Shown here one piece after another: positions 19,329 through 29,597 of a stretch of 64,000 bases of DNA. The DNA is taken from contig CAISGE010000002.1 of NCBI GenBank assembly GCA_903884815.1, forward strand, positions 45,955-109,954, read 5' to 3'. A model generated the notes under the pieces. The model saw only the letters and a program-made list of their open reading frames with translations, was not told the DNA's origin and made no database searches. Within the stretch, counting starts at the first letter, position 1, and the number at the start of each line of letters is the position of its first letter. A program made the position numbers and the translations under genes. This DNA comes from Candidatus Omnitrophota bacterium (GTDB lineage Bacteria; Omnitrophota; Omnitrophia; Omnitrophales; Aquincolibacteriaceae).

Positions 19329-21785
19329 ATGCCGAGAAAATCAAAGACCCGAAAAAAAGCCGAAGCCAAAATGTTGCAGCAGGAAGATCATTCCGGGAAA
19401 AAGTTCGCCTCAAAATACGGTTACTTCACGCCGGACGGCCGCGAATACGTGATCACCCGCCCGGACACCCCGCGCCCGTGGGTGAACGTAATTTCGAACG
19501 GGGACTACGGCACGATCGAATCGCAGGCAGGTTCCGGATTCTCTTGGCGTGACAATTCCAATCTTTCGCGCGTGACGCGTTGGGATCAGGATCTTATCCG
19601 AGATAACTGGGGCAAATATATTTATGTGCGTGACCGAGACAATGGGGACTATTGGTCGGGGACCTGGAAGCCGTGCATGCCGAAATACGATTTTTTTGAA
19701 GTGCGCCATGGGCAGGGCTACTCGGTTCTGACCAGCAAGCTGAACGGAATTCGTCTCGAGAAAACCATCTTTGTGGATGTCGAAGATCCTGTCGAGGTCT
19801 GGAAGATCGTGCTCACAAACCAATCCGGGAAAAAACGCCGGATGAGCCTCTTTACTTATTTTGACTGGTGTCTCGGTAATTGGTCGGACACACACCGTGA
19901 ATTCCACAAAACTTTTATCGAAACCTGGATCGACAAAAAATTCGGTTGCATTCACGGTGTCAAGCGCGCGCCGCTCGTGCCGGGCTTTATCTCGACAGGC
20001 ATGACGGAAAAACCGCTACAGGGTTTTCACGCAGCCTATCCCAAGCCGGTAGCGTACGACGGAGACAAGGAATCTTTTCTCGGACGCTACGGCGAGATCC
20101 ACGCGCCGGCGGCAGTGGTGGAGGGAAAATGCCGCGGGTCGGAAGGAAAGTGGGGCGATGCCTCCGCGAGCCTTCAAGTCGATGTGGACCTGGAAGCCAA
20201 GGAATCGAAAACCGTGATCTTTACACTCGGCTCCACGCGCACGCGCGAAGAGGCTGAACGCATCATTCAGAAATATGCGAATCCCCGGACTGCAGACCAG
20301 GAGCTTAACAAGGTCAAGGCGCTCTGGGATTCGTTTGTCCACGCTTCCGAGGTTGAGACGCCGGACGAGGCGCTTAATTTCATGACGAATATCTGGATGA
20401 AATATCAGGCTATTTCCGCCCGAATCTGGGCAAAATGCGCGTATTACCAGTCAAGCGGCGGGTACGGCTTCCGCGACCAGTTGCAGGACTGCCAGATCTT
20501 TTTTGCGACGCGTCCGGAGCTCGCGAGAAAGCAGATCCTCCTTCACGCCGAACAGCAGTTTCCCGACGGGACGGTGTACCACTGGTGGCATCACGGCACG
20601 AATATCGGAGCGATCACGCATTGCTCCGACGACCTGCTGTGGCTGGACTTTATCACGTTGAATTATCTGGACGAAACGGCGGATGACGCGATCCTGGACA
20701 CGGTGGTGAAATTCCTCCCTGATCCGAAGACCAAAGAGATCACTTCCGGAACGCTTTATGATCATTTGCTCCGGGCGATCGACAAGGCATTCACGCGGTT
20801 TTCGCCGCGCGGGTTGCCTTTGATCGGCGAATGCGACTGGAACGACGGGCTTAGTCACGTCGGGACAAAGTGGAAAGGCGAATCAATCTGGCTCGGACAT
20901 TTCCTCTACGGGATCCTGAACCGCATCGCGCCGATCATGGAAACGCGCGGGGACAAGGCAAAGGCGGCCGAGTATCTCCGCCGCGCGGAATCGCTGAAAA
21001 GGTCGCTCAACAAGGAGGGCTGGGACGGGGAGTGGTATCTTGGGGCAACGCGCGATGACGGGCGGCCGCTCGGCAGCAAACAATGCGAGACCGGAAAGAT
21101 ATTCCTGAATTGCCAGACGTGGGCCGTGATCACCGGTGTTGCTGACGCGAAGCGCGCTCGGGTTGCGATGGATTCTGCCGCAAAATGGCTTTACAAAAAA
21201 TATGGGCCACTGCTTTTGACGCCGGGGTATAACCAGACCGACGCCACGATCGGCTACATCACGCGTTACGCGCCCTCGGTCCGCGAGAACGGCGGGCTTT
21301 ACACGCATGCTGGCACCTGGGCGGTTCAGGCCGAAGCGATGATGCGTGACGGAGAAAAAGCACATCAGGTTTATGATAGCTTCAATCCCGCGACGCGGGG
21401 TCTTGAGCCGGATATTTATTACAGCGAGCCTTACGTGACTCCGGGGAATGTGGACGGGCCAGATTCGCCCAACAACGGACGCGGAGGCTGGACTTGGTAC
21501 ACGGGTTCTGCCGCGTGGTATGCCGTGGTTGCGATGAATTGGATGCTAGGGATACGCCCGGTTGCCAAAGGACTTGCCGTCGATCCCGTGATCCCGAAGA
21601 AGTGGCCGGGTTTCAAAATGAAGCGGCTTTTCCGCGGCAGCACGTATTTGATCGAGGTCAAAAATCCCGCTCAGACAGGGCAAGGTGTCCAGTCGCTCCT
21701 GGTTGACGGGAAAAAGCAGAAAGAAAATCTCATTCCGGATTTTCGGGATGGGCGGACGCACCGGGTCGAAGTCACGCTCGGGTAA
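19329..21785 (+). CDS. GH94 glycoside phosphorylase (cellobiose, cellodextrin or beta-1,2-oligoglucan phosphorylase family).
   Basis: The N-terminus is YGYFTPDGREYVITRPDTPRPWVNVISNGDYGTIESQAGSGFSWRDNSNLSRVTRWDQD, and the protein spans about 800 aa, the typical GH94 length. The true start is probably the ATG near 19371 (MLQQEDHS...). Confidence 0.75.
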   Translation: MPRKSKTRKKAEAKMLQQEDHSGKKFASKYGYFTPDGREYVITRPDTPRPWVNVISNGDYGTIESQAGSGFSWRDNSNLSRVTRWDQDLIRDNWGKYIYVRDRDNGDYWSGTWKPCMPKYDFFEVRHGQGYSVLTSKLNGIRLEKTIFVDVEDPVEVWKIVLTNQSGKKRRMSLFTYFDWCLGNWSDTHREFHKTFIETWIDKKFGCIHGVKRAPLVPGFISTGMTEKPLQGFHAAYPKPVAYDGDKESFLGRYGEIHAPAAVVEGKCRGSEGKWGDASASLQVDVDLEAKESKTVIFTLGSTRTREEAERIIQKYANPRTADQELNKVKALWDSFVHASEVETPDEALNFMTNIWMKYQAISARIWAKCAYYQSSGGYGFRDQLQDCQIFFATRPELARKQILLHAEQQFPDGTVYHWWHHGTNIGAITHCSDDLLWLDFITLNYLDETADDAILDTVVKFLPDPKTKEITSGTLYDHLLRAIDKAFTRFSPRGLPLIGECDWNDGLSHVGTKWKGESIWLGHFLYGILNRIAPIMETRGDKAKAAEYLRRAESLKRSLNKEGWDGEWYLGATRDDGRPLGSKQCETGKIFLNCQTWAVITGVADAKRARVAMDSAAKWLYKKYGPLLLTPGYNQTDATIGYITRYAPSVRENGGLYTHAGTWAVQAEAMMRDGEKAHQVYDSFNPATRGLEPDIYYSEPYVTPGNVDGPDSPNNGRGGWTWYTGSAAWYAVVAMNWMLGIRPVAKGLAVDPVIPKKWPGFKMKRLFRGSTYLIEVKNPAQTGQGVQSLLVDGKKQKENLIPDFRDGRTHRVEVTLG

Positions 21786-21796
21786 TCGGACAGCGC

Positions 21797-23893
21797 ATGA
21801 AATTCCCCAGAGAGCGCTTTTCAGGTTTTCTAAACAGCCGGAGGAGTGCTCTTTGTTTTTTTGCTGCGGCGCTTTTTATCGCCGCGGTTCTTCCGGCACA
21901 GAGTTTTGCCGCACCCGAAAAAAAGAGCAAGCCCTCCGGGATCATCGTGCAACAGATCGGTCCTGCCGGTGAAGAAGCCCCCCTCGATATCGGGAGCATC
22001 TACAAGAGCGTCCCCCCGGATAAGCCCCTTCAGTTCTCGACGCGGTTCAGGGTGGTCGATGATTTCTCGACCAAGGAACTCAAAAATCGCCTCGGGGGCA
22101 GTTGGTCCGTGGAGACGGGCAAAGAGAAAAGGGTCACGCTCGAATTCAAAAAAGATGACGCCCGGGGCACGCGTTCAGGGGCGTCCCTTTGGGCGCGCTA
22201 CAACCTTAAGAGCAAAGAAACCGCCGTATTCGAGACCTCGCTTGATAAACTCGACATGAGTGCCGCGCAATATCTGGCAATCCAATGCCAGACGCAATCC
22301 CTGGCCGCTTCGAAGGGGCGCTTCCGGGTGTCGCTTACGGATTGGGCCGGAAAGACCGTGGAGCGCGACATCACAGATGCCTGTAGCGCCAAGGAGGGCT
22401 GGAATGAAGAGATCCTCCCGCTTTCTGTTTTCCGGGGAGTGGATCTCAATCAACTGAACACGCTCTCTTTTAATTTTGTCGCGCGCGGAAAGAATGCAGC
22501 GGGAAAAGTGGGAGTAGATGAGATCGCCTTCTTCGGGCCGCCGGAAGTCGGTTTCGAGAGCGTTCTGGACAACATGAAGGGGTTCCCCCTTGAGACGCTT
22601 GATGAATCCCGACGCAAGGAACTGCTCGGGACGGCAAACGACAAGGAGCTTCTTCTCAAGATTGCGAAAGATACGTGGCGATATTTCGAGGACGCGGCGG
22701 ATAAAAAGAATAATCTGGTGATCGACCACATCAAGACCGGGGATTTTCCTCTGGCGGCCGCCTACACCTCTCCCACGAATATCGCTCTGGACCTGATGGG
22801 GGCCGTGGCCGCGCGCGAACTGGGATTTCTCTCTCCCGAGGCGGCTACTCAGCACGTCGAAAAGGTAATGGCCACACTAAAAAAAATGAAGACCTGGAAG
22901 GGATTCTTTTTAAATTTTTATGAAACGTATCAGCTTGGCGTCAGCCGGTCTTTCGCCTCGAGCGTGGATAACGGATGGATTGCCATTGCGCTCGTGGTAG
23001 TCCGGCAAGCTTTTCCAGGAGAGATCGCGCGTGATGCGACCGCGATTCTGGACAAAATGGATTTCGAGGATTTTCTGGATCCCGACAGCAATCATCTTGC
23101 GATCGGCTATGATCTGGAGAGGCAGGGGCCGACCCCGTACCACTATGGCATGCTCGTGACAGAAGCTCGCGCCATGAGCCTTTTGGCGATCGGGAAAGGG
23201 GATCTCTCCGAGGCACACTGGTGGTCGCTTTATCGCGTGGGGCCGGAGTCCTGGGACTGGCAATCGCAGAAACCTCAGGGAAAAAAGATCGAGCGCGGTA
23301 GCGTCAGTTATTTTCAGGGTTATTACAAGGACGGGAAGCAGAAGTTTGTGCCGAGCTGGGGAGGTTCTTTCTTTGAGTTTCTGATGCCGACCCTGGTGAT
23401 CAATGAGAAAAAATTCGCTCCCAAAGGTTTAGGGATGAACGACAAGATCGTGACCGAGCTCCAGCGGGACTACGCGCTCACGGAGAAAAAGTATCCTGTC
23501 TGGGGGATCTCGCCCTCGTCGACGGCGGATGGGCGCCGGTGGCAATACGGTGAATACGGCGTTAAAAAGCTGGGGGTGAAGGGCTACCCGGACCGCGGAG
23601 TGATCACGCCTCACGCAAGCTTTCTGGCGCTTGAGACGCTCCCCAAGGACGCGATCAAGAATATCCGCAAGCTTCTCACGTATAAAATGTACGGGGAATA
23701 CGGTTTTTATGACACCGTCACTTTTCCGAGCGAGAGAGTGAATACTCAATATCTGGCGCTGGATCAGGGCATGGAGCTTATTCCGATCGCGAATTATCTG
23801 AAAAACGGTGTGATCCAGGAATATTTCCATAAAGATCCGTACGGAAAGAAGGCGCAGAAACTTTTGGAGCAGGAAGACTTCTTCAAAAACTGA
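21797..23893 (+). CDS. Secreted glucoamylase-like (six-hairpin) glycoside-hydrolase-family protein. It may be a beta-glucanase acting upstream of the GH94 phosphorylase.
   Basis: It has a signal peptide (FFAAALFIAAVLPAQSFAAPEKK) and is 698 aa. The C-terminal region (WGISPSSTADGRRWQYGEYGVKKLGVKGYPDRGVITPHASFLALE..YGFYDTV) resembles DUF3131/glucoamylase-like domains. The functional call is an inference. Confidence 0.35.
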   Translation: MKFPRERFSGFLNSRRSALCFFAAALFIAAVLPAQSFAAPEKKSKPSGIIVQQIGPAGEEAPLDIGSIYKSVPPDKPLQFSTRFRVVDDFSTKELKNRLGGSWSVETGKEKRVTLEFKKDDARGTRSGASLWARYNLKSKETAVFETSLDKLDMSAAQYLAIQCQTQSLAASKGRFRVSLTDWAGKTVERDITDACSAKEGWNEEILPLSVFRGVDLNQLNTLSFNFVARGKNAAGKVGVDEIAFFGPPEVGFESVLDNMKGFPLETLDESRRKELLGTANDKELLLKIAKDTWRYFEDAADKKNNLVIDHIKTGDFPLAAAYTSPTNIALDLMGAVAARELGFLSPEAATQHVEKVMATLKKMKTWKGFFLNFYETYQLGVSRSFASSVDNGWIAIALVVVRQAFPGEIARDATAILDKMDFEDFLDPDSNHLAIGYDLERQGPTPYHYGMLVTEARAMSLLAIGKGDLSEAHWWSLYRVGPESWDWQSQKPQGKKIERGSVSYFQGYYKDGKQKFVPSWGGSFFEFLMPTLVINEKKFAPKGLGMNDKIVTELQRDYALTEKKYPVWGISPSSTADGRRWQYGEYGVKKLGVKGYPDRGVITPHASFLALETLPKDAIKNIRKLLTYKMYGEYGFYDTVTFPSERVNTQYLALDQGMELIPIANYLKNGVIQEYFHKDPYGKKAQKLLEQEDFFKN

Positions 23894-24049
23894 GCGCCAC
23901 AAGCGTTTGTGAGAGAAGGGTTTAGGTCTTTGCGTAAGACGGATGGCGGGAAAGTCTTAGGGCAGTCCCAAATTAACTCTTTGAAAAAGCATATCGTGGA
24001 GTTAAAATGAGCGCCGCATGTGGCACTTATATAGCTATGAAATAACAGG

Positions 24050-25303
24050 TTGCGAAAAGAACAAAATTCGAAAGGAGAGGCTCTCATGATCATCAAACAA
24101 ATGCTCAAAGACAGGACGCTGACGGACAAGGAGAGAAAAAATCTCGCCATTCTCGAAGTAGTCCGCAAGAATGGCCCCATCTCCCGCACCGATATTTCCA
24201 AACTCACCGAGCTGAACATCGTCACTGTCTCCAATTATGTGAGCCATTACATCAAAAAAGGCCTCATGATCGAGGGAGAACTGGATGAATCGACGGGCGG
24301 CCGCAAGCCGGTGCTCGTGGAGCTCAACCCCAAGGCGGGCTACATTGTCGGCGTGGGCCTCAACATGATGAGCATGGTCGCGGTCTTAGTGGACCTTGAG
24401 ATCAATGTCATTAGCGAGATCAAGCGCGAGCGGGCTCCGGAAAATTCCGAAACCGTCATCCTCCAGATGGTGGATCTTGCTGCTGAGATCATTGAAAAAG
24501 CCGAGATCGATAAGTCCAAGATCGTCGGCCTCGGGGTCGGTATCCCCGGCATCATCGATGAACGCGGGCGGACGATCCGCTGGCCGCAAAGCCTGGGCGA
24601 CAAGGATATCTCGGTCTGCTCCTCTATTAAGGACACCTTTGAAAAGCGACTCAATATTCCCACGATCGTGGAGAATGACGCGAACGCGGCGGTGCTCGGA
24701 GAGAAATGGCTCGGCCTTGATCGCGATGTACGGAACATGGTGTATATGTTTTCGGGCGTCGGCTGCGGCATTTTAATCAATGAGGAGATCTACCGGGGAG
24801 CGAACGGCGCCGCGGGAGAGCTCGGGATTACGAGCACGCACGCCAGCAAAGACTATTCGTTTAAGATCGCGACGCAACTCGGCCGCTGGGAAATGGATAT
24901 CGGCATGGTCCGTCACGCCAAGGAACGCATCGAAAAAGGGGAGCCTTCGCTCCTCAAAGATCTCGTGAAGGGCGACCTTTCGAAGATCACGTTCCGGGAG
25001 ATCGTCAAGGCCATCAAGGAAAAAGACGCGGTCGCGCTCAAGGTGGCAGATCAAGCCGGGCAAGATCTCGGCAAAAAGATCGCCTTCATCGTGAACCTTC
25101 TCAACCCGGAAGTGGTCGTGATCGGCGGCGGCATTGAGGATTGCGGCGCGGTGCTCCTGGATTCGATCAAGAACACCATCAAGGAATGGTCCGTGGAAGA
25201 AGCCGCGACGCAGGTCAAGATCATTCCGTCCGCTTTCGGCGAAAATGCCGTGGCGCTCGGCGTGGTCGGCATTGTGGCCCGCGAAATCTTCGCGCAGGCT
25301 TAA
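24050..25303 (+). CDS. ROK-family transcriptional regulator (NagC/XylR-like).
   Basis: An N-terminal wHTH (LAILEVVRKNGPISRTDISKLTELNIVTVSNYVSHYIKKGLM) is followed by a ROK sugar-kinase-like fold (GVGLNMMSMVAVLVDL..., IVENDANAAVLGEKWLG, ELGITS). The start is likely the ATG near 24086. Confidence 0.75.
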   Translation: MRKEQNSKGEALMIIKQMLKDRTLTDKERKNLAILEVVRKNGPISRTDISKLTELNIVTVSNYVSHYIKKGLMIEGELDESTGGRKPVLVELNPKAGYIVGVGLNMMSMVAVLVDLEINVISEIKRERAPENSETVILQMVDLAAEIIEKAEIDKSKIVGLGVGIPGIIDERGRTIRWPQSLGDKDISVCSSIKDTFEKRLNIPTIVENDANAAVLGEKWLGLDRDVRNMVYMFSGVGCGILINEEIYRGANGAAGELGITSTHASKDYSFKIATQLGRWEMDIGMVRHAKERIEKGEPSLLKDLVKGDLSKITFREIVKAIKEKDAVALKVADQAGQDLGKKIAFIVNLLNPEVVVIGGGIEDCGAVLLDSIKNTIKEWSVEEAATQVKIIPSAFGENAVALGVVGIVAREIFAQA

Positions 25304-25315
25304 AGCCGTTTCTTT

Positions 25316-26377
25316 TTGACGCCACCGATGAAAGCCTTCATTCAGGAGCTTAAGTCCCGGGTTCTCTCGGGCGGGGCCATCACTCAAGAAGAAGCCCTTC
25401 GTCTCGTTTCGATAGAGGACGTTTCCACCCGCGAGATTTTGGCCGAAGCCGCGCACGCGCTCACCGAAAAATTCTGTCCCTCCAAACCCGATCTCTGTTC
25501 TCTTGTGAATGCCAAAAGCTATCTTTGTTCCGAAGACTGCGGCTTTTGTTCCCAGTCTTCACATTACAAGACCGGCGTGAAGCGTTACCCGCTGATGCGG
25601 CCCGAAGAGGTGCTGGTACAGGCTCAAACGGCTGAGGCGAACGGGGTGCAAAGTTTTTGTGTGGTGACAAGCGGCGAGACCTTGAATGACGCGGAATTCG
25701 AACAAGTTCTCGCGACCTTCCGGCTTTTGACCGAGAAAACCGGACTTCGGCTTGACGGCTCGCTTGGGAATCTTACGGCGGAACAGGTCCGGAAATTACA
25801 GGAAGCTGGCATGCGTCGCTTTAACCACAATCTCCAGTGCTCGCGCGAGTTTTATCCCGAAATCGTGTCCACCCATACCTACGACGAGCGAATGGAGACT
25901 TTAAAGTTCCTGGAGCAGAACGGAGTGGAAGTTTGTTCCGGCGGCATTTTCGGCATGGGGGAAACGCGGGAGGACAGGATCCGTCTCGCCTTCGAGCTTA
26001 AACCTTATGACCTGCACTGCCTTCCCATTAATATCCTGAACCCGCGGCCGGGAACGCCGTTGGAAAGCCGTCTTCCGATCGATCCGGCGGAGATCCTCAA
26101 GACCGTCGCGATCTACCGCTTCATTCATCCGAGAGCGAATATCAAGCTCGCCGGCGGCCGGGAGCTCAATCTCGGCGTTTATTTTCAGGAAAAAGCCTTG
26201 CGCGGCGGTGCGAACGGTTTTGTGGTCGGCGGGTATCTCACCACCACCGGCAACCCTCTTGGCGAGGATTTCGACATGCTTCGGCGCGCGGGTTTTTCAG
26301 TGGAAGCGGGCCGCGAGCAAAGCTGCTGCTGTGAGACGCAGGCGGGATGCTCCTCCGGTTGCGGACAAAAAAGTTAA
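25316..26377 (+). CDS. bioB: Biotin synthase.
   Basis: It carries the radical-SAM motif CSEDCGFCSQS and the BioB-specific FNHNLQCSREFYPEIVSTHTYDERMETL with a C-terminal [2Fe-2S] region. The likely start is the ATG at 25328. Confidence 0.9.
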   Translation: MTPPMKAFIQELKSRVLSGGAITQEEALRLVSIEDVSTREILAEAAHALTEKFCPSKPDLCSLVNAKSYLCSEDCGFCSQSSHYKTGVKRYPLMRPEEVLVQAQTAEANGVQSFCVVTSGETLNDAEFEQVLATFRLLTEKTGLRLDGSLGNLTAEQVRKLQEAGMRRFNHNLQCSREFYPEIVSTHTYDERMETLKFLEQNGVEVCSGGIFGMGETREDRIRLAFELKPYDLHCLPINILNPRPGTPLESRLPIDPAEILKTVAIYRFIHPRANIKLAGGRELNLGVYFQEKALRGGANGFVVGGYLTTTGNPLGEDFDMLRRAGFSVEAGREQSCCCETQAGCSSGCGQKS

Positions 26378-26389
26378 ACCAGCCTTGGA

Positions 26390-27113
26390 AATGCTCCTTA
26401 AAGATAAAACGATCCTTATCACCGGCGGAACAAGCACCCTCGGGCAAGCCTTTGTCCGGAAAGCGTCCACCGCAGGAGCCCGCGTTTTTTTTACTTATTT
26501 CAACTCTTCCGTCGTGGCCCGCGAACTTGAATCCTGCGGGGCAATGGGCCTTCCTCTGGATCTCGCTGACATGCGGGCGATCGATGCTTTTGTTGCGGAG
26601 TTCACAAAAAAAGCAGGGGGGCTCGACATCCTGATCCATAATGCCGCCGCGTTCGCGAATGCGCTCATCGAGCAAATGACCGAAAAGCAGTGGGACGATG
26701 TTCTTCGGGTCAACCTCAAGGCGCCTTTTTATCTGACGCGAAAACTTCTGCCCCTTCTCATGCAGAAAAAGCCGAGTAAGGTTTTTATGATGATCAGCCG
26801 TACGGGTTTAAGCGGGCTTGCCGGCGCCGCCAATTACGCGGCCTCCAAAGGGGGGCTGATCGCGATGACCAAGTCGTTAGCCAAAGAGCTGGGGCGGAAG
26901 AAGATCCTGGTGAATGGCGTGAATCCAGGGTTTATGGAGTCCGGCATGACCCGGAGCCTTTCCGAAAAAACGCTTCAGATAAATCTCGAAGAAAGCCCCC
27001 TCAAAAGTTACTCGGACCCTGAAGAAGTCGCTGATTTTCTCGTCTACCTTGCTTCTGACCAGATGCGGCAAGTCACGGGGCAAGTGTTTCATTTTGAATC
27101 CCGGCCTTTCTAA
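26390..27113 (+). CDS. SDR-family 3-oxoacyl-ACP reductase-like protein (FabG-like), embedded in the biotin cluster.
   Basis: It has a Rossmann fold (ILITGGTSTLGQAF) and a catalytic NYAASKGG region. The start is an ATG at 26390 (MLLKDKTIL...). The track ORF start at 26208 lies inside bioB. Confidence 0.7.
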
Positions 27114-27158
27114 GGTAGAATTTTCTCCTACTTCACACCGGAAGGAGTTCCCCAGAAC

Positions 27159-28364
27159 ATGAAACGACGCGTCGTAGTGACGGGCATGGGCGTGCTTTCT
27201 CCGATCGGCAATACGCTTGCCGAATTCCGCGAGAATCTCAAGGTGGGCGTCTGCGGTAAAGACAGCAAAGACTATATGACCGCAGGAGGCTACAGGTTCC
27301 CGCCGGTGTTTCCCCTCAAGGACTTCAGCCCGCGTCCTTACAACACGCAGCTACACGATCCTTTTATACAATATGCCGTCGCTGCTGCGGAGCAAGCCGT
27401 CGCTGACGCGCATTTCGATCTCAAAGCGGTTGATCCATACACGATCGCCCTCTCTGTGAGCTCCAGCAAAGGCGGCGTCCACAGCCTTGGCCGTTTCAAA
27501 GAGCGATTTCTCCGTAGTCCGAGCGCGATGCTGGGGGCGCGGATGTACACGAGCGCGGTCCCCAATTTCGCCGACCAGTGGATCGCCCGGCGCATGAAGA
27601 TCCAGGGGCCGGCCAAATGTTATGTCGCGGCTTGCGCAACTGGCACCGTGGCGATCACCCAGGGGTTTCGCATGGTCTCGGAAGGTCAGGCCGAATATTG
27701 TCTCGCGGGGGCGACCGACGCTTCGATCACGCCGCTGATGCTCGGAGGCTACGACAGTATGAAGGCGCTGGCAAAGCACGATATTCGTCCGTTCGACAAG
27801 CGGCGCGACGGCTTTCTGGTTGGCGAGGGGGCGGGCGTGGTCTTTCTCGAGACCCTTGAGAGCGCTAAGGCGCGCGGCGCCCGGATCTACGGCGAGATCA
27901 TCGAAGCAGCTAACGGACAGGACAGCAAACATCCCATTCAGTTCGATCTTGAGGAACACGCACTGTCGTACACTTTGAATGTCCTTTTGAAGCGCGCCGG
28001 GATCACGGCGCGGGAGATCGACTACATCAATCTGCATGGCACTGGAACGCGGCATGGTGATCTTTATGAAACGTTGGAGCTTAAAGAGGCGTTCGGAAGC
28101 GCGGCCTATAAGATCCCGATGAGCTCCACCAAAGGCGCGACGGGGCATATGCTCGGGGCGACCGGCGCGATTGAGATCATCGCGACGATTCTCGGGATCG
28201 ACGAAGGCTTTGTGCCACCGACACTGGGACTGGAAGAAAATGATCCTGAGTGCGATCTCGATTACACGCCGCTTAAGATGCGTCCACACAAAATTACGAA
28301 TGCGATCAAACTCTCCATGGGGTTTGGCGGAAATGTCGCTGCTATTCTATTGCGCAAGGTATGA
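27159..28364 (+). CDS. Beta-ketoacyl-ACP synthase I/II-like enzyme (FabF/FabB family), embedded in the biotin cluster.
   Basis: The thiolase-fold KAS has the active-site Cys (AACATGTVAI) and two catalytic His residues (HGTGTRHGD, GHMLGATGA). It begins VVVTGMGVLSPIGN and is 401 aa. Confidence 0.8.
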   Translation: MKRRVVVTGMGVLSPIGNTLAEFRENLKVGVCGKDSKDYMTAGGYRFPPVFPLKDFSPRPYNTQLHDPFIQYAVAAAEQAVADAHFDLKAVDPYTIALSVSSSKGGVHSLGRFKERFLRSPSAMLGARMYTSAVPNFADQWIARRMKIQGPAKCYVAACATGTVAITQGFRMVSEGQAEYCLAGATDASITPLMLGGYDSMKALAKHDIRPFDKRRDGFLVGEGAGVVFLETLESAKARGARIYGEIIEAANGQDSKHPIQFDLEEHALSYTLNVLLKRAGITAREIDYINLHGTGTRHGDLYETLELKEAFGSAAYKIPMSSTKGATGHMLGATGAIEIIATILGIDEGFVPPTLGLEENDPECDLDYTPLKMRPHKITNAIKLSMGFGGNVAAILLRKV

Positions 28365-29503
28365 AAAACAACTATCGCCAGGAACTCGAAGAGCTGAAAC
28401 AAAAAAACCTCTACCGTCGTCTCCGCGTCCTTGAGGGAAATGAAGGAACACGGGCCGTTTTCGAGGGCCGGAAGATCCTCCTTTTCTGTGGCAATGATTA
28501 CCTGGGACTCAGCCGTCACCCGCGAGTGATGGTCGCCGCGCACCAGGCGATCGATCGCTACGGCGTGGGTGCGCGTTCAGCCAGGCTGATCGCCGGGACC
28601 ACCGAGGCGCACGCTTCCCTGGAAAAAAAGATCGCGGAGTTCAAAAACAAGGAAGCCGCGCTCGTTTTTGGCTCCGGCTTTCTCGCAAATCTCGGGATCC
28701 TGACCGCTTTCGCGGACAAAGATGATGTCGTGGTCATGGACAAGCTGTGCCACGCGTCGCTGATTGACGGGGCGAGACTTTCCGGGGCGGAGCTCCGCGT
28801 CTTTCCGCACAAGAATTATGAGAAATGTGAAGAGATCCTAAAAAAATGTACGGCCCCCCGGAAGCTTCTTGTGACGGAGAATGTTTTCGGCATGGACGGA
28901 GACCGGGCAGATCTTCCGGCGCTGATACGTCTCAAGAAAAAATACGGCGCGCTCCTCATTGTGGATGACGCGCATGGCACCGGGATCTTTAAAAAAACCA
29001 GCCCCGGTTCGACGGCGCATTTCTCCAAGGGCATCGATGTGATCATGGGAACGCTTTCCAAGGCCATTGGCGGACTCGGGGGGTTTGTGGCGGCGGACCA
29101 GGAACTGATCGATCATCTGGTCAATTTCGCGAGGCCTTTCATTTTCGCGACAGCCCTGCCGCCTGTCCTTTGCAAAGCCGCGCGCGAGGCTTTTTGTGTG
29201 ATCGAAGAGGAGCCGGGGCTTCTCAAGAAGCTATGGACGAATATTCGCGAAGTTCATCAGGGGCTCACGAAGCTTGGTTTCTCTCTCGCTAAGCCCGAGT
29301 CCGCGATACTGCCCGTGATCCTGGGCGACGAGGGGAAGGCCATGGCTGCCTTTGAAAAGCTTCTCGCTCACGGACTCTTTATTCCCGCAGTCCGCTATCC
29401 GACCGTGCCCAAAGGCAAAGCGCGCCTCCGCATTACCGTCTCCGCCGCTCATACGGCCCAGGACATTCAAACGCTTCTCAAGGCATTCAAGGCCCTGGCA
29501 TGA
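28361..29503 (+). CDS. bioF: 8-amino-7-oxononanoate synthase.
   Basis: This PLP-dependent acyl-CoA/ACP:amino-acid C-acyltransferase has a PLP Lys region (GTLSKAIGGLGGFVAAD) and an N-terminus LFCGNDYLGLSRHP. Its start overlaps the KAS stop (ATGA). Confidence 0.85.
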   Translation: MKNNYRQELEELKQKNLYRRLRVLEGNEGTRAVFEGRKILLFCGNDYLGLSRHPRVMVAAHQAIDRYGVGARSARLIAGTTEAHASLEKKIAEFKNKEAALVFGSGFLANLGILTAFADKDDVVVMDKLCHASLIDGARLSGAELRVFPHKNYEKCEEILKKCTAPRKLLVTENVFGMDGDRADLPALIRLKKKYGALLIVDDAHGTGIFKKTSPGSTAHFSKGIDVIMGTLSKAIGGLGGFVAADQELIDHLVNFARPFIFATALPPVLCKAAREAFCVIEEEPGLLKKLWTNIREVHQGLTKLGFSLAKPESAILPVILGDEGKAMAAFEKLLAHGLFIPAVRYPTVPKGKARLRITVSAAHTAQDIQTLLKAFKALA

Positions 29504-29597
29504 AAACGGCCCCGGACGCCCCATTGAAAGTGAAGGATTAGGAGGTATTTGTGAAACTGGAGAAAGAAGCGAGAGCGCAGAAAAGGGGATTGTGGAA

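Noticed and set aside
19329-19370. The Lys/Arg-rich N-terminal extension (MPRKSKTRKKAEAK) on the GH94 ORF.
   Set aside because: GH94 phosphorylases begin at the conserved YGYF(T/D)DG motif. The in-frame ATG at about 19371 (MLQQEDHS...) gives a normal N-terminus. The upstream 14 codons are probably untranslated.
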